64,000 bases of DNA. Origin: Hydrolagus colliei (taxonomy: Eukaryota). The DNA is taken from contig CM068746.1 of the NCBI GenBank assembly GCA_035084275.1, positions 24,056,001-24,120,000 on the forward strand. The letters run 5' to 3'. Of this stretch, positions 1 through 11,475 are shown piece by piece. Made by a program: the position numbers and the translations under genes. Each line of letters starts with the position of its first letter. The first letter of the stretch is position 1. Below the pieces are notes generated by a model. It saw only the letters and a list, made by a program, of their open reading frames with translations. It was not told the DNA's origin and searched no databases.

Positions 1-195
1 TCTTGCCTTCTTCAAGACCTGCCTCAAAAGACCCTCGTTTGACCATGCCTTCCGTTACATTCCTACCCTTCCTGCCTTCCACCCCTCCTGATCCCAACCC
101 CCAATTCAGGTCCAAATCCCTGATTGTCCAGCACCTTGGGAAGTCCTCCTGATGTGAAAAGTGCTACATAAATGTACTGTAATTTGTTATTGTTG
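1..195 (+). mobile_element. L2-clade LINE 3' end relic
   Basis: ttcaagacctgcctcaaaagaccctcgtttgaccatgcctt (FK..LK...FDHAF-like), then the L2 tail cagcaccttgggaagtcctcctgatgtgaaaagtgctacataaatgt and (TTG)-rich end. Confidence 0.75.
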
Positions 196-619
196 CCTTA
201 ATTATTTCTGTTGTCTATTAACTCAAAGACAAATTTATATTTTGAAACAAATGTAAGAAATGTGTATTTTTACTGAAATCAAGATGTTTGTCCAATTTTT
301 CCTATGAACAATAAGTTTTCATGGTAATTACATTTTTTTTTAATGCTCTAACCTTTTTTGAAATTAGTATATTCAAGCAATTATACCAAGTAATTGACAC
401 TCTATGGAGAATGTTCGAAACGGCCTGATAACCGTTGTAAATAAAATTGCTGGTACATGTACAAGTATTATGGTTTTTTTTAAATCCTTGCATTTGATAT
501 TAGTATTGTAAAGCAATTGCAGTTGTTTATAGCAACTATTTTAATGACAGTTAAATTTCAAGCACACCAAGATGCTACCCTTCATGAAGAACACTATAAA
601 AATGTTTGTTGTTGCAAGG

Positions 620-810
620 TTCATCAATGGCTGAGCCTTCAGTCACTGTACCCCTAACCTCTGGAACTTCCACTTCACCCTCCTCATAATCTGTCTTTAA
701 ATCCCAATTTAAAACCTTCCTCTTCAAACAGACGTATGGTCATCATGAATCATTCAGACATCCTACCTATAGGGTACTATGTAAACAATATAAATGAAAG
801 TTGTTGTTCA
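620..810 (+). mobile_element. Degraded L2 3' end
   Basis: gccttcagt...ctctggaac...ttaaaaccttcctcttc...aaatgaaagttgttgtt resembles the 5636 copy. Confidence 0.55.
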
Positions 811-1127
811 GTGAAACTGCACTGAAATAATTAAATGCCTTTGTATTTTGTGTGCGTCGGAGCTCTAAATGTCCAGAAGTATTTAAAATTGATGTGAAGC
901 AATAAGGTGCCAATTTTAAAAAAATTATACAGGGAAGCAATCTTCACCATTTGCTGGCTCCAAATCTATTATTTGAATGCAGTACTCGGAGATCTTTGAT
1001 AGTGAGGCAGTCTTTTCTCAATTCTAGCCTACTGTACAGCCAGGCACTCACAGTAAAAGACTCAAGTCATTGATGCTTGTTTCCTTTCCACATTTTCAGT
1101 GTTGAATATTTTTCTTTTATAGCACTC

Positions 1128-1380
1128 TGGGCCAATGGCCCAGTTGGTTGAATGAAGCCTTTCGCCAATGTGAGTGAGCCATACAAACCAGATGCACCTG
1201 GGTTTCATTTCCCCAAGTCTCTGCCATGGCAGCAGTAGTGACATTATATAAATCTTCCCTGAGCTAGTGTTTGGGGGGTGGGGGAGAGAGATTTAGCTAG
1301 AATCATTGCTGCTGAGTCTTCTTCTGAAAAGTGTATGTGTGGACACTTAAGTGATGGTTGGGCTCAGCAATGATATTTTT
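1128..1380 (+). mobile_element. Old tRNA-headed SINE-like family B copy
   Basis: Motifs tgagccatacaaaccag...ctgggttt and ctgaaaagtgtatgtgtggacact...gggctcagc recur at ~4440-4680(+), 13280-13440(+), 31740-32010(-), 34130-34420(-), 35740-35920(+), 42640-42960(+), 43640-43940(-), 50680-50860(+). Confidence 0.6.
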
Positions 1381-2909
1381 CCTTTACATCCCTTCCTCTT
1401 ATCCCCTGTCCCCTACTTTTGTTGTGTGGCCTGGTAATGCTCATTTGCTCATAGCCTTTGCTAATAACATGAAAACCACCTGAGTGGGTGTAGTGCTTCA
1501 CGATAACTGGAGCAGTATCCTATTACCTCAAGGAGACAAACCGTTCTTTTGATACAGACGAACCTCTTGCAGGCCCTGTGTTTTATTGTTTCCTCCTTTG
1601 TATGACATCAGCCCATATTGATGGAATTCAACTATACTTCTTCCTGAGTTGGAGATTTCTCAGCACATCATTGCATGCATTATTTCAGTGCCATATGATT
1701 AGTTACCCGTTGCCAGTGCACATCCAATCCATTCATGGCACAAGGGAAATTTTCACTCTAACATTGTGAGCAACAAAAAGTGTTGACAATGGTTTCCTGT
1801 AAGTCGATTCCAGCAAACGAGCCTTGCAACCTGTTAAATATGCACAAACAAACAACAAACACTGCATCTGCAGTACATTAAAATGTTTGTGTATAGCAAA
1901 CATTTGTATAACTGTTTTAACTCCCTGTTGACTGGTTGCAGTAAAACATCAACATGGAAAACTGACAAGTGTTTTATGAGTTGTGTACAGTAATAAGAAG
2001 GGAGTTTCTTCAGGCGTCTGTCTTGAGCACCGATCCACCAGATAAATTGGTCATTTACTTCAGGTGGTGGACCTTTGAGCAAAATGCCTGCCACATTTGC
2101 CTACAAAATCAGTAGCTATACTTAACATGAATTACTGTATTGTCAAGTGTTTTGAAACGTTTTGATAAGGTGTTTATAAATATTTGCGAGTTTTTTTTCT
2201 CTCCAAATGCTGCGATCGCTGGTGAGAGCCAAGTTTTTGGTGCAGAATTGCGGTTAATTTGAAAACCTAGTTCTTATTGGTGCTAGTGTAAATTGTGGAA
2301 AACTGCTGACTGTGTAAAGCAATGCAAATTCTGTATGAATGACGTTCCACTAACCTTGCATATCACAACTTGACATGTAGTAATTGGAGTCCATTTGGAA
2401 AACATTATCTAACTTTCCAGCCAAAATTAAAATTAGGAATGGCAAGTTGTAGATCATTCTTTTGAATTCTGTGAGTGCAGCATGCACAATTATACTTCAA
2501 TATCCAGCACAAGTACCATGGGGGTCACACCACACTCCTGCGTAGTATGAATAATGCATAGCAGACGCCAAACAGGCCATTACAAAAGGAATACCTCCCA
2601 CTGATAAACTATTGTTTCTCCATATGAATCAACTTATAGAGGTGTGTGGCAAGAACCTTTGCTATAATTCTGAAATACATCACAAGGGGCTTTATTCAGC
2701 CTTCTCCAGACAGCTGCTGAGCCACATCCTCTCAACCTCAAATTCACCACAAAACAGCGGCCATGCTCAATGGGTAAATTAAAGTAGTGAGGGGGAAAGG
2801 GCATCCTTCCCTGTACAATAGTGTAAGTAGAAACCTCAAAATCTACATTACAAATGGAAACTATTTGACCCATCAAATTGATACCAGCTCACAGGACAAG
2901 GAGATCAAT

Positions 2910-3510
2910 TTAATAATAATCCTTGTATGTGATATAGTGCTTTTCATGTCTTCTAGACATCCCAAAGCACTTCACAGTGCACAGTGCTATATTGTAAAGT
3001 GAATTAACTGTATATTTGTGGGTGGAAAAGTGCCAGCCAATTTTGCACAGCAGTGTCCCAAAAACAGTTGTGGTTTGAATGACCAAATTATTTTTCCACC
3101 ACCCCACCTTATTTCCACCATACAAAAGGGCAGAAATTGAGTGCTTTTGGACATCATAGGGTAAATTAGTAATGTAGAATAATTATTCATGGGGGTAGAA
3201 ACATTCAGGAGTATAAAAAGATTGTTTCCCATGGCATCTCCTGTTTTCACCCCTCTCTCGTCCCATCCTAACATGAAGGTCCACAGCTGCTGTTGGGCAG
3301 ACAAATACAGCAGCTGATCTGTGCCAACTCCTTCCTGTATGCAACAGAATGAAAAATGTATTTTTTGTATTGATTTTGGATTAGGGTGGAAAATTTGCCG
3401 CAACACCTTGAGAATAGCCCAATCTTCTTTGAAATGATCACAAGATCTTTAGCATCAACTAGCGGAAGCAGATATGATTCTGGTTTTCATGTCTCATCCA
3501 AAGAATAGAT
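2910..3510 (-). mobile_element. Fragmented SacSINE1/Deu-type SINE
   Basis: Reverse-complement tail at 2910-3095 (aataataatccttgtatgtgatatagtgc...cagcagtgtccca) and Deu-domain-like remnant at 3400-3505 (aagatctttagcatcaact...gtctcatccaaaga). Confidence 0.6.
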
Positions 3511-4439
3511 GTTGATATTATTGCTTCTTAGTTGAGTGGCTAAAGAGAGTTAATGGGCAAGAGCACATCTTCACAACAAGGGGCATGTGGAGGAGACTAC
3601 ATCACAAGCCTCCTTGGATGGCAGGCTGGATCCCTGCAAGATAAACAATTCAGAAACTCTGGTTGAAAACAATATTATTAGTGTTATGATTATTATTATT
3701 ATTAAGTGGGGCAGCTCAAAAGACTCAATCAAAAGATATACTTCCTCCTGTTTTTCACCCATTACACTTTCATTCCTTCAACTGATTTCCTCCCCCTACC
3801 CCCCTCAAAAAAATTACTATAGAGGTTTCAATTGTGGTTACGTTAGTCAACTCTTCTTAATCAGCGTGGGAATTTTTTGTTGACTATTTCTGCTTAATGC
3901 TGAACTTTATAGCGGATTCTTTAGGGATTTTTTTTTAAAAAAGGCGAGACGCCAACACTTCTGAGAGCAACTTTGGGTAGATGATTTAAGGACTGATCGA
4001 TCATGTCACCGAGTGAATGATGATGCCATTTATTTCTCAGCTTGTTAGAACTGTAACTTTAGCAGATTTCACCACAAACCATGCCAAATTAAGGCTTTCA
4101 GCTTCTTTCTAAGTCTTGCGCACTTCCTTTAGAAGGTAATTTTATCATCTCACAATTAGATTTTATGGTTTCTCAGCATAAAAATGTGCAGTTTGGGAAC
4201 AATCTATCTTTAGGTATTCATCCTTGGTTTGTAACCCATTTAGATAAATTGCTGATGAGACCAGTTTCAGACATGAATAGTTTTTTTTTTGTCTTGCTGA
4301 TTTAAGACCATATCAGATATGGCTGAATTAAGCAAGCCAGCAAAGTGCAGTATCTGGGCCTTAACCAACTAGTCCAACAAACTGTGTCATCATCCTGCTT
4401 TTTAATTGCTGACGGCTTGATAACTCAGGAGAGATTATC

Positions 4440-4680
4440 CACTGAGTAACTGAGCCATAGAGACTAGGAGATCTGAAGGTTTAATTGGGGATCTATAAAG
4501 GCTGGTATTAATTTGACTAGAACAGAATGCTAAAATTATCCTTCTGAGTTACGGAAGACAAAAACAGCAAAGTTTTCTGTTCACTATTCAGAACCATCCT
4601 ACTGAAAAGTGCTCATCTGTGGGCAGCAGGTGCATTGAAACAAAACACCCCGTATTATCATAGTTTGAGGATGACACTCA
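4440..4680 (+). mobile_element. Family B SINE-like relic
   Basis: actgagccatagagactagg...ctactgaaaagtgctcatctgtgg...tttgaggatgacactca. Confidence 0.5.
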
Positions 4681-5635
4681 ATGCCAGGCTCACAGATTGT
4701 TACTTGTGTCAATAATTGAGGTACCCAGTTTCGCACTGATAGCGAAATACTATCCTGCATGAAGGGCATTATAAAAATGGAAGAAATGCAATTTTTGTTG
4801 TGGATCTGTATACCAGCATGTGTCGAGAGAAAACACATTTTTCTTTCAAGCAAAGTTGAACTTTAATGATGTTCAATCTATCTGCTATTGGTTCCGGATA
4901 AAAGCTTGTCTTGACATAGGCTAGTTGCAGAATTCCTACAGTCCCAGACTCTAATCCCCCTAATAATAAATACCAGATGTCAAGTTTGCCATCCGTTGTC
5001 TACTTGTGAAATGGTACAAACAAATACTATGGACATATTCTAAAGTGCTCCTTGTTCCAGGTGAACTCATTGATATTCACACTGTGTCTAAAGTTCTGTA
5101 GATCTTCACCAGATCTCACAGCAATTGCATCTCTTTGCTAACAAGTCTGACTTGAAGAAAACTGTTTTAGTACGGCATTGCGAAGCATCCATAACAAAGA
5201 AGTAAAACAATTTAAGAAGAATAACTGGCACCATTTTTTGTGAGATTTTAATCCACAAATTTGTCAGCATGTTTTTTCCTCCTATAGTTTGCATATGTCT
5301 ACATAATTTCATTCAACAATGAAGAATGGTAGTCCTCTCTACACAAGCTATATAACATTAGAATGTGTCCCAGTTGTGCCTGGGTCTGTTTACAGCTTTG
5401 GTCCATTGTGAACACACTATTTCCACTGCTGACTACACTTTCCACAAAATGGCCAATGTCTGAGTCTTCAGATCACTGGTGACATTACTTCTTTTATACT
5501 ATGAGCAGAAGTATTGCTGATGTCAATTCCTTCTCACTGTGTAAATGTACTATCTGGAGTGTCGCTGATATCGTTTTGTAAAGGAAGTATCATCAGCAGC
5601 ACTTTCTAGGCTGTAGCATACATGTATGAAGGAAT

Positions 5636-6134
5636 CGTGATCACATAACCCCCACCCTCGCCCGTCTCCACTGGCTCCCCATCCTCCAGAGGATCGAGTT
5701 CAAGATCCTCGTCCTCACCTTCAAGGCCTTACACGGCCTTGCCCCGCCCTACCTAACCGACTTACTTTCCCCCTATAAGCCCACCTGGACCCTCCGTTCA
5801 GCAGGTCTTGGCCTGCTCCAAGCCCCCCGCCCGAACCGCCCCACCATTGGAGGCTGGGCTTTCAGTTTTTCTGCTCCCACCCTGTGGAATTCCATCCCCC
5901 AATCCCTCCGTTTTGTTTCTTCCCTTTCCTCTTTCAAGGCCGGTTTGAAGACTTTCCTCTTCGACCATGCCTTTTGTTCCCCCCCGAATTCTTCGACCTC
6001 CCCCACGCGTTTCACCCCTTCCAGAACACCCCCCTCCCAGCTCGGGTCACACGCCTCCTGTGCAGCGCCTTGGGACGTCCTCCAGACATGAAAGGCGCTT
6101 TATAGGTTTAAGTTGTTGTTGTTGTTGTTGTTGA
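5636..6134 (+). mobile_element. Young 5'-truncated L2 LINE (ORF2 C-terminus, 3' tail, (GTT)n)
   Basis: Frame from 5636 reads RDHITPTLARLHWLPILQRIEFKILVLTFKALHGLAPPYLTDLL...AFSFSAPTLWNSIP...FKAGLKTFLFDHAF, the typical L2 ORF2 end. Tail gcgccttgggacgtcctccagacatgaaaggcgctttata then (GTT)n. CpG-rich relative to flanks. Confidence 0.93.
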
Positions 6135-8054
6135 AGTGATATCAACCTATGACCTTACAACTCCAGAGGTTGACCATTTTTTGCAGTTAATTATGTGTGC
6201 CTATATGCAGCTGTATGAAAAACAGTTATAAAGCAGTGGTCCGTGTCCAAAATCTCAGAAGGCACACTTATAATTACATACGTTCTTTGCAATTCAATGT
6301 AACTTTTTGTCAGTCACCTTGACATTTTAAGACAATTTAGCACGGTAAGCTGTATTAAATATAACTTTTCATTCCAGATCATTATCCTTTTCTGAACTGA
6401 TCTGTTTTCCTTTGTAGTTCAGAAGGATTTTGACACACACTTTACTGCTAAGTCAAAGAAAAGGGGGAATTTTCTTCCAGCTGCCCTGACTTGTATCCCT
6501 CTCTCATCCATATTCGGCCCCAAGATATTCAGAGCAATTATCTAGTTATCTTAATGTTGTTTGTGGCACATTACTAGCACAAATTAGCTGTCACGTTTGA
6601 CTAAATAACAATGCTCACTTCATTTCTAATTATTCTTGCTTTGTAAAGAGTTTCAAGACATTCCTTTGCATTCAAGACACAGTATTAATGTAAGCTGTTA
6701 TAATTATTGCAGACCGTTGTGAGTTTGAGGTCTGTGCAGGCCTGTCATTGTAGCTCGGATGCGTTTAGTCAATTTTTTTTGTTAGGCTGGTGGAATGAAT
6801 TGCTTTGTAGCAGCGAGCATTCCAGGTCAGTGAGAGAAGGAGAAAGCTGACTCCTGCTGTATGTGTGCCTCCTCTAGGCTAGTAATACGCTGACATAGAT
6901 GTGATAGTCAGCTCATTCAGCAAGCTTTCCATTGGGATGGAAGAAAAGATTAGAAAATTTGTATTGGGGAGCGGCACAGTTACGGAAATCTAAAGTTTAA
7001 TTCTCTTAACTTGTCATTATTGATTTAATCCAGTTGTCCCTGAAAATAATTGAATGGACATTCTTCTCATTGCTGGTGTGAGATGTTGCTATCATGTTTG
7101 CCCATACAACATAGTGATTACAAATGTGACTCTCTTTGGCAAGGTCTTGGTTATTATGAAAAATATATATATTTTTAAAAGTCTGGCAAATGTGAACAAA
7201 TTGATGTGTTTTGAAGGCTTGAAATATTTGGTAAGAATTGTTTTGATGAACATTATCTGAAATTCCTGTGATAAGTTTATCAATTGTAGACTTTTACTGC
7301 TGTTGCTCATTATTCTTAATCTCAGTGCATCCCTTCCCTGTTTCATTCCATATTGGTACAGACATAATTACTGATTTATCAGAGGAATAGTGTTCTATCA
7401 GTATTAATATATCGTTAAATGAGCTATGTGCAGTTCTGAAATTTGACATTACACTAGGGATTAAAAGGAGGATCACTTTTGCATTGCAAAGATTTGAGTT
7501 CATTATTGCTTTGATTTCAGCATTTCTTCTGATTTACATTTCTTATCCTGATTTATACCATATGATGTAATCCTAAACCAATTTCTGCACAGTGACGGGC
7601 TTATGTGGCAGATGGCTATTCACTCATATGCAGCAGTAAATATACTCTGGTTGATAATTACCCATTCACAACGCACAAATTGTCACATAACATGACCATA
7701 CGACCTCATCATACATAAAAAGGAAGTATAAAATAAATTGCCAAGGAGCAAATAAAATAGGCCAGAGCAGGGGTTTTGTTTGAATGAAGCCAAATTAAAA
7801 AATCTACTTTATTTTACAGTTTTCTCTAGTTTTAAAAGAACTGAGTTTAATTAAAATAAAATAAAGGTTCTTTAGATTACATTTTATTTTTCAATAAACC
7901 AGGCCTAACCAAATAAAGTACAAGGGTACATACAGTTTGCTGTGATGTTGGCTTTCCGCTTTAATGAACAGTGTGTTTGGTTGTGTCCCTGACATGTTTT
8001 CTCCTTTGTTCCATGGTTATAAATAAAACCAGGAACAAATTAGCTTCAATGAAA

Positions 8055-8175
8055 AGAAAAGTTGTGAATGCTGAAAATATGAAAAAGAATTCAAAAATGC
8101 TGGAAATCCACAGTGAACCGATCAACATCTGAAAGGGAAAGGTTAATGTTTCGGATGTGACCCTTCATCGGAACA
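8055..8175 (-). mobile_element. Penelope-like terminal repeat relic with decayed hammerhead core
   Basis: Minus strand reads gtt-CCGATGA-a-gggtcacatcc-GAAA-catt-aac, followed by sequence matching the 10247, 18642 and 62100 copies. Confidence 0.7.
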
Positions 8176-8899
8176 AATAGTGCAGTGTTAGAACAAAGCA
8201 ATAAACCCAGGCAAAATGTTCTGTGAATGGAGTTTTTAATGCAGCAGGATGCACTATTATTATATTGTGGAAAGCAATATAGTCTGGAAATAGGTCAGAA
8301 AAGTCCTATCTCATGAGCTTAATGAACAGATCCCAATGCACTGAGATTTAAAAATGTCCTAAGTAATTTATTTTTGAAAGAAAGTTCTGAATACAGTAGT
8401 AACATTCTATTGGGAACATTTAGGAAAAAATCCGATGAATGAACCTTTAAATTGCATTGTTCCTGTTTTCACTAAAAATAAGATAATGATGGAACTTGCA
8501 TTGATCCAATTGCCCTGGGCAGTAAATGGTTGCATGCTTTGATGAAGGGAAAGCATGATTCTACTCAAATTGCCTTGAAATTTTATACTTCAACGTTTAA
8601 AAAATATATAAATTGACTAATACTTTTCAAAATTCTGACTTCATGTTAGAATTTGCCATCCTCATTTTACAAAAAACGTATAATTATAATTGGACCGTCT
8701 GGTGAAATAGCTTTGTACATTGAATGTGAGCATGATTCATTTGATCGGTTTGAAAAACTATTGCAGGATTGGTCCTCTCCTCCAGCATTCGTCTATGAAT
8801 ACACTTTTAATTTTTTAAATCTTAATAAATCTGACAGGCTGGGCTCACATAGGTCTGTTATGCCTGTTTTAATCCAGTTCCTGGTTTTATCTGATATCA

Positions 8900-9040
8900 A
8901 AAAATCACAAGAGACATTAAGAGGAAGAAGGCCCTTCAGTTCTATTGATCTCATCCTTCCAGATACATACCCTACCGTCCTCCCACTATAACATCCAGTG
9001 TTTCTTAATTGAGTCCAGTGCCCTGGCTTCAGCTATCCAT
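8900..9040 (-). mobile_element. Degraded CR1-type 3' end
   Basis: aggaagaaggcccttcagttctattg...catccagtgtttcttaa...ggcttcagctatcc. Confidence 0.45.
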
Positions 9041-9890
9041 TAGTTATTCTCAACCTGACGATATAGTAGACCGCAGAGTCGCAGTATTAGGAAGAGATTT
9101 ATTTTATTTTTAGATTATCAAATTTTAATAGAGTGAAATTACAACACTACAACAATTATCTCAAATAATGTCTTCTCCAGCTTCTGATTGATAAAATAAT
9201 TATGAAATATATTTTTGATGCTCCTTTTCAAATTCTGTAGTTTTTTGTTTTTAAAACATGCTCCTTAAAAGTTCAATAAAGGGACATGTGCCAGAATTTG
9301 GATTGTTTAGGAAATTCCTCTATCATTATCATTGTTGCAGCAAAGACCTCCCAGCCAACCTGTATATACTATACAAAATATGATTATCAGTGTTATGGAG
9401 CCAACTGCCTCTAAGCAGTATTTACAAAGAACCCTCACTGTTATCACGTTTGTCTTCATTATAGTTTATTTATATAAGACTATTGTAAAATTAATGGATT
9501 CTCTGGACTGCAGGAGTAGGATAATGATAGCAAGGATTTCAAAAGCATTCAGAGAATTAAGTGAGACAATAACAAAGAGATGTACTATCTAGGAACGAGT
9601 AATGGGGATGAAGGAGAGTGTTTTTTTTTAAAGAATAGATTATTGGTGAAATGTGGTAGAGTTGGAAGTTGAAAAAGGATGACAGGTGAACCAAGACAAA
9701 TGTTTAAGAGAAAAACATGAAGTATTACATAGGCTCCTTTAATACGAATGAATATACACACTACATCTGGGAAGTGGGAAGATTATAGTTCCATAATAAT
9801 CAGTATGCTTGCCCAGAAAAACGGTCACCGCACTTGACAACAACAACAATTTACATTTACATGCCGGACAAGTTGTTTTTGAGATGATAC

Positions 9891-9997
9891 AATAATAATA
9901 ATAATCCTTGGATTTGACATAGCGCTTTTCTAGACGTCTCAAAGTACTTCACAGAATATACTGTAAAGGGAATTGACTGTATATTTGTGGGCGAAAT
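9891..9997 (-). mobile_element. SINE family A 3' tail
   Basis: (AAT)n ccttggatttgacatagcgcttttc...aattgactgtatatttgtgggcgaaa is the reverse complement of the family A tail. Confidence 0.85.
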
Positions 9998-10246
9998 GAT
10001 ATGACGTGATGTTGCATATACAATGCAACTTCTTTCTTCCTTAAATGCATTTACTACAGTGATGGCATTACCTTGAATTGCTCTCAGCCCCTGCACGAAA
10101 TGAGGAACACATTGCCTATTGTTTCTGCTCTTCATCACTCTGGTGGACAGAATTGGACCCACCAACGATCACATTCCTTGTCCAGGCTCAGACATGCCTT
10201 GCTTGGGCAAGGTCAGCTGCTTGGACAAGGTCCAAGAAAACATCTG

Positions 10247-10415
10247 AAACACAAACAGAAATCTTCGGTTCCACATTTAACAAAGGGTCATGAACCCGAA
10301 ATGTTGACACCGTTTTCCTTTCTCCATAGATGCTGCCTGACCTGCTGAATGTTCCCAGCGACTTCTGTTTGTGTTTCAGATTCTCAGCATCTGCAGTACT
10401 GTATTTTGCGTTTTT
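10247..10415 (+). mobile_element. Penelope-like terminal repeat insertion with 17-bp TSD and inverted 5' piece
   Basis: Direct repeat gtccaagaaaacatctg at 10230-10246 and 10416-10432. Body aagggtcatgaacccgaaatgttgac...gatgctgcctgacctgctg...cagcatctgcagta. 10242-10260 is the exact reverse complement of 10363-10381. Confidence 0.8.
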
Positions 10416-11171
10416 GTCCAAGAAAACATCTGTTGTCTATTGATGCGTTTGCCTTTTCAAAAGAGGATTGGAAACTTATAAACCATGTCTGCAATATTTT
10501 TTCTAATATTCTGCCTTTATTGTTGACCCCTTCTTGAAGGCATTGAGTCATGAAGTGATATGATTGCATGTTTGGGAGGGGTGTCAAGAAATCTCAGTAT
10601 CTGAATCAAGTAGCCAAGTATAAATGTCTAATTTGGTCACTCATCACTTATTTTTTAAGAGTGACTGGTTCCCGTTCTTTTGTTATCTTGCATATTTCAA
10701 ACTTTCTCATCAGGAAACCAGGATTTCTAACAGTCATGCAATGCCAGCCCTTTATGAAGTCCACAGTTCTGTCGCTGAAGGTTGCAGTGTCAGGAAAGGC
10801 TGCCACTCCACTCAATTTGCCATAGGCGAGCTCGGGTTTATCTGTTCTCAGCAGGCCATTAGTTGGGCTTGTCCACTGCAGGAAAAAATGAGACAGCATT
10901 CACTCACATCTGGGGATAGACTCTGAACACATCTGCAATCATTTTTATCCACCATAATTACTCAGGAATTAATGATCAATTTGGTGCAACCCAGTTCTAA
11001 AAACGAATCAAGTTCTTGATCATAACATGATCGCTTCCCTTTTTCAGATGGGTGGTTAGGTCATTTCTAATAAATAATCATGAGGCTTTTAAAAATGCAC
11101 ATTTCTATAAAGGGACATGAGCATTTTTGTTAAGCAGGGTTTCACAAAAGCAGCATTCTTGCGAGACAAAC

Positions 11172-11475
11172 ATAGCTCAGTGGTTAGAGCATTTGCCTTG
11201 TAAGCAAGAGACCTGGGTTCATTTCCTGGCAGGGAGAAACCTTGGAGAAGTTTCCTTGCGCCACATGTCTTATAATAATCCTTCAAGAAAAAAAACAATA
11301 ATAATTTGATCACTCAATCCACGACGGTTTGAGGGACATTGCTGTGCGCAATTGGATGCCGTGTTTCACCCGCAAAATAGACAGTCAATTCACTTCACAA
11401 TATATTCTGTGAAGTGCTTTGAGACACCTAGAAGACGTGAAAAGCACTATATCAAATACAAGGATTATTATTATA
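11172..11475 (+). mobile_element. SINE family A, near full length (tRNA head, L2-type tail)
   Basis: A box tagctcagtggttagagc, B box gggttcatttcc, body gctgtgcgcaattgg, tail gtgaaaagcactatatcaaatacaaggattattattat. Confidence 0.9.

Noticed and set aside
2987-3406. 139-aa minus-strand ORF
   Set aside because: Runs through SINE sequence with no recognisable domain or splice support.
5773-6105. ORFs 5773-6015(-) and 5884-6105(+)
   Set aside because: Alternative frames of the L2 fragment, not host genes.
6400-6455. Acceptor followed by ttcagaaggattttgac, superficially like the short MSRB3 SETKFDSGS exon
   Set aside because: In the required frame it hits TGA, it does not encode KFDSG, and no GT donor lies at the right distance.
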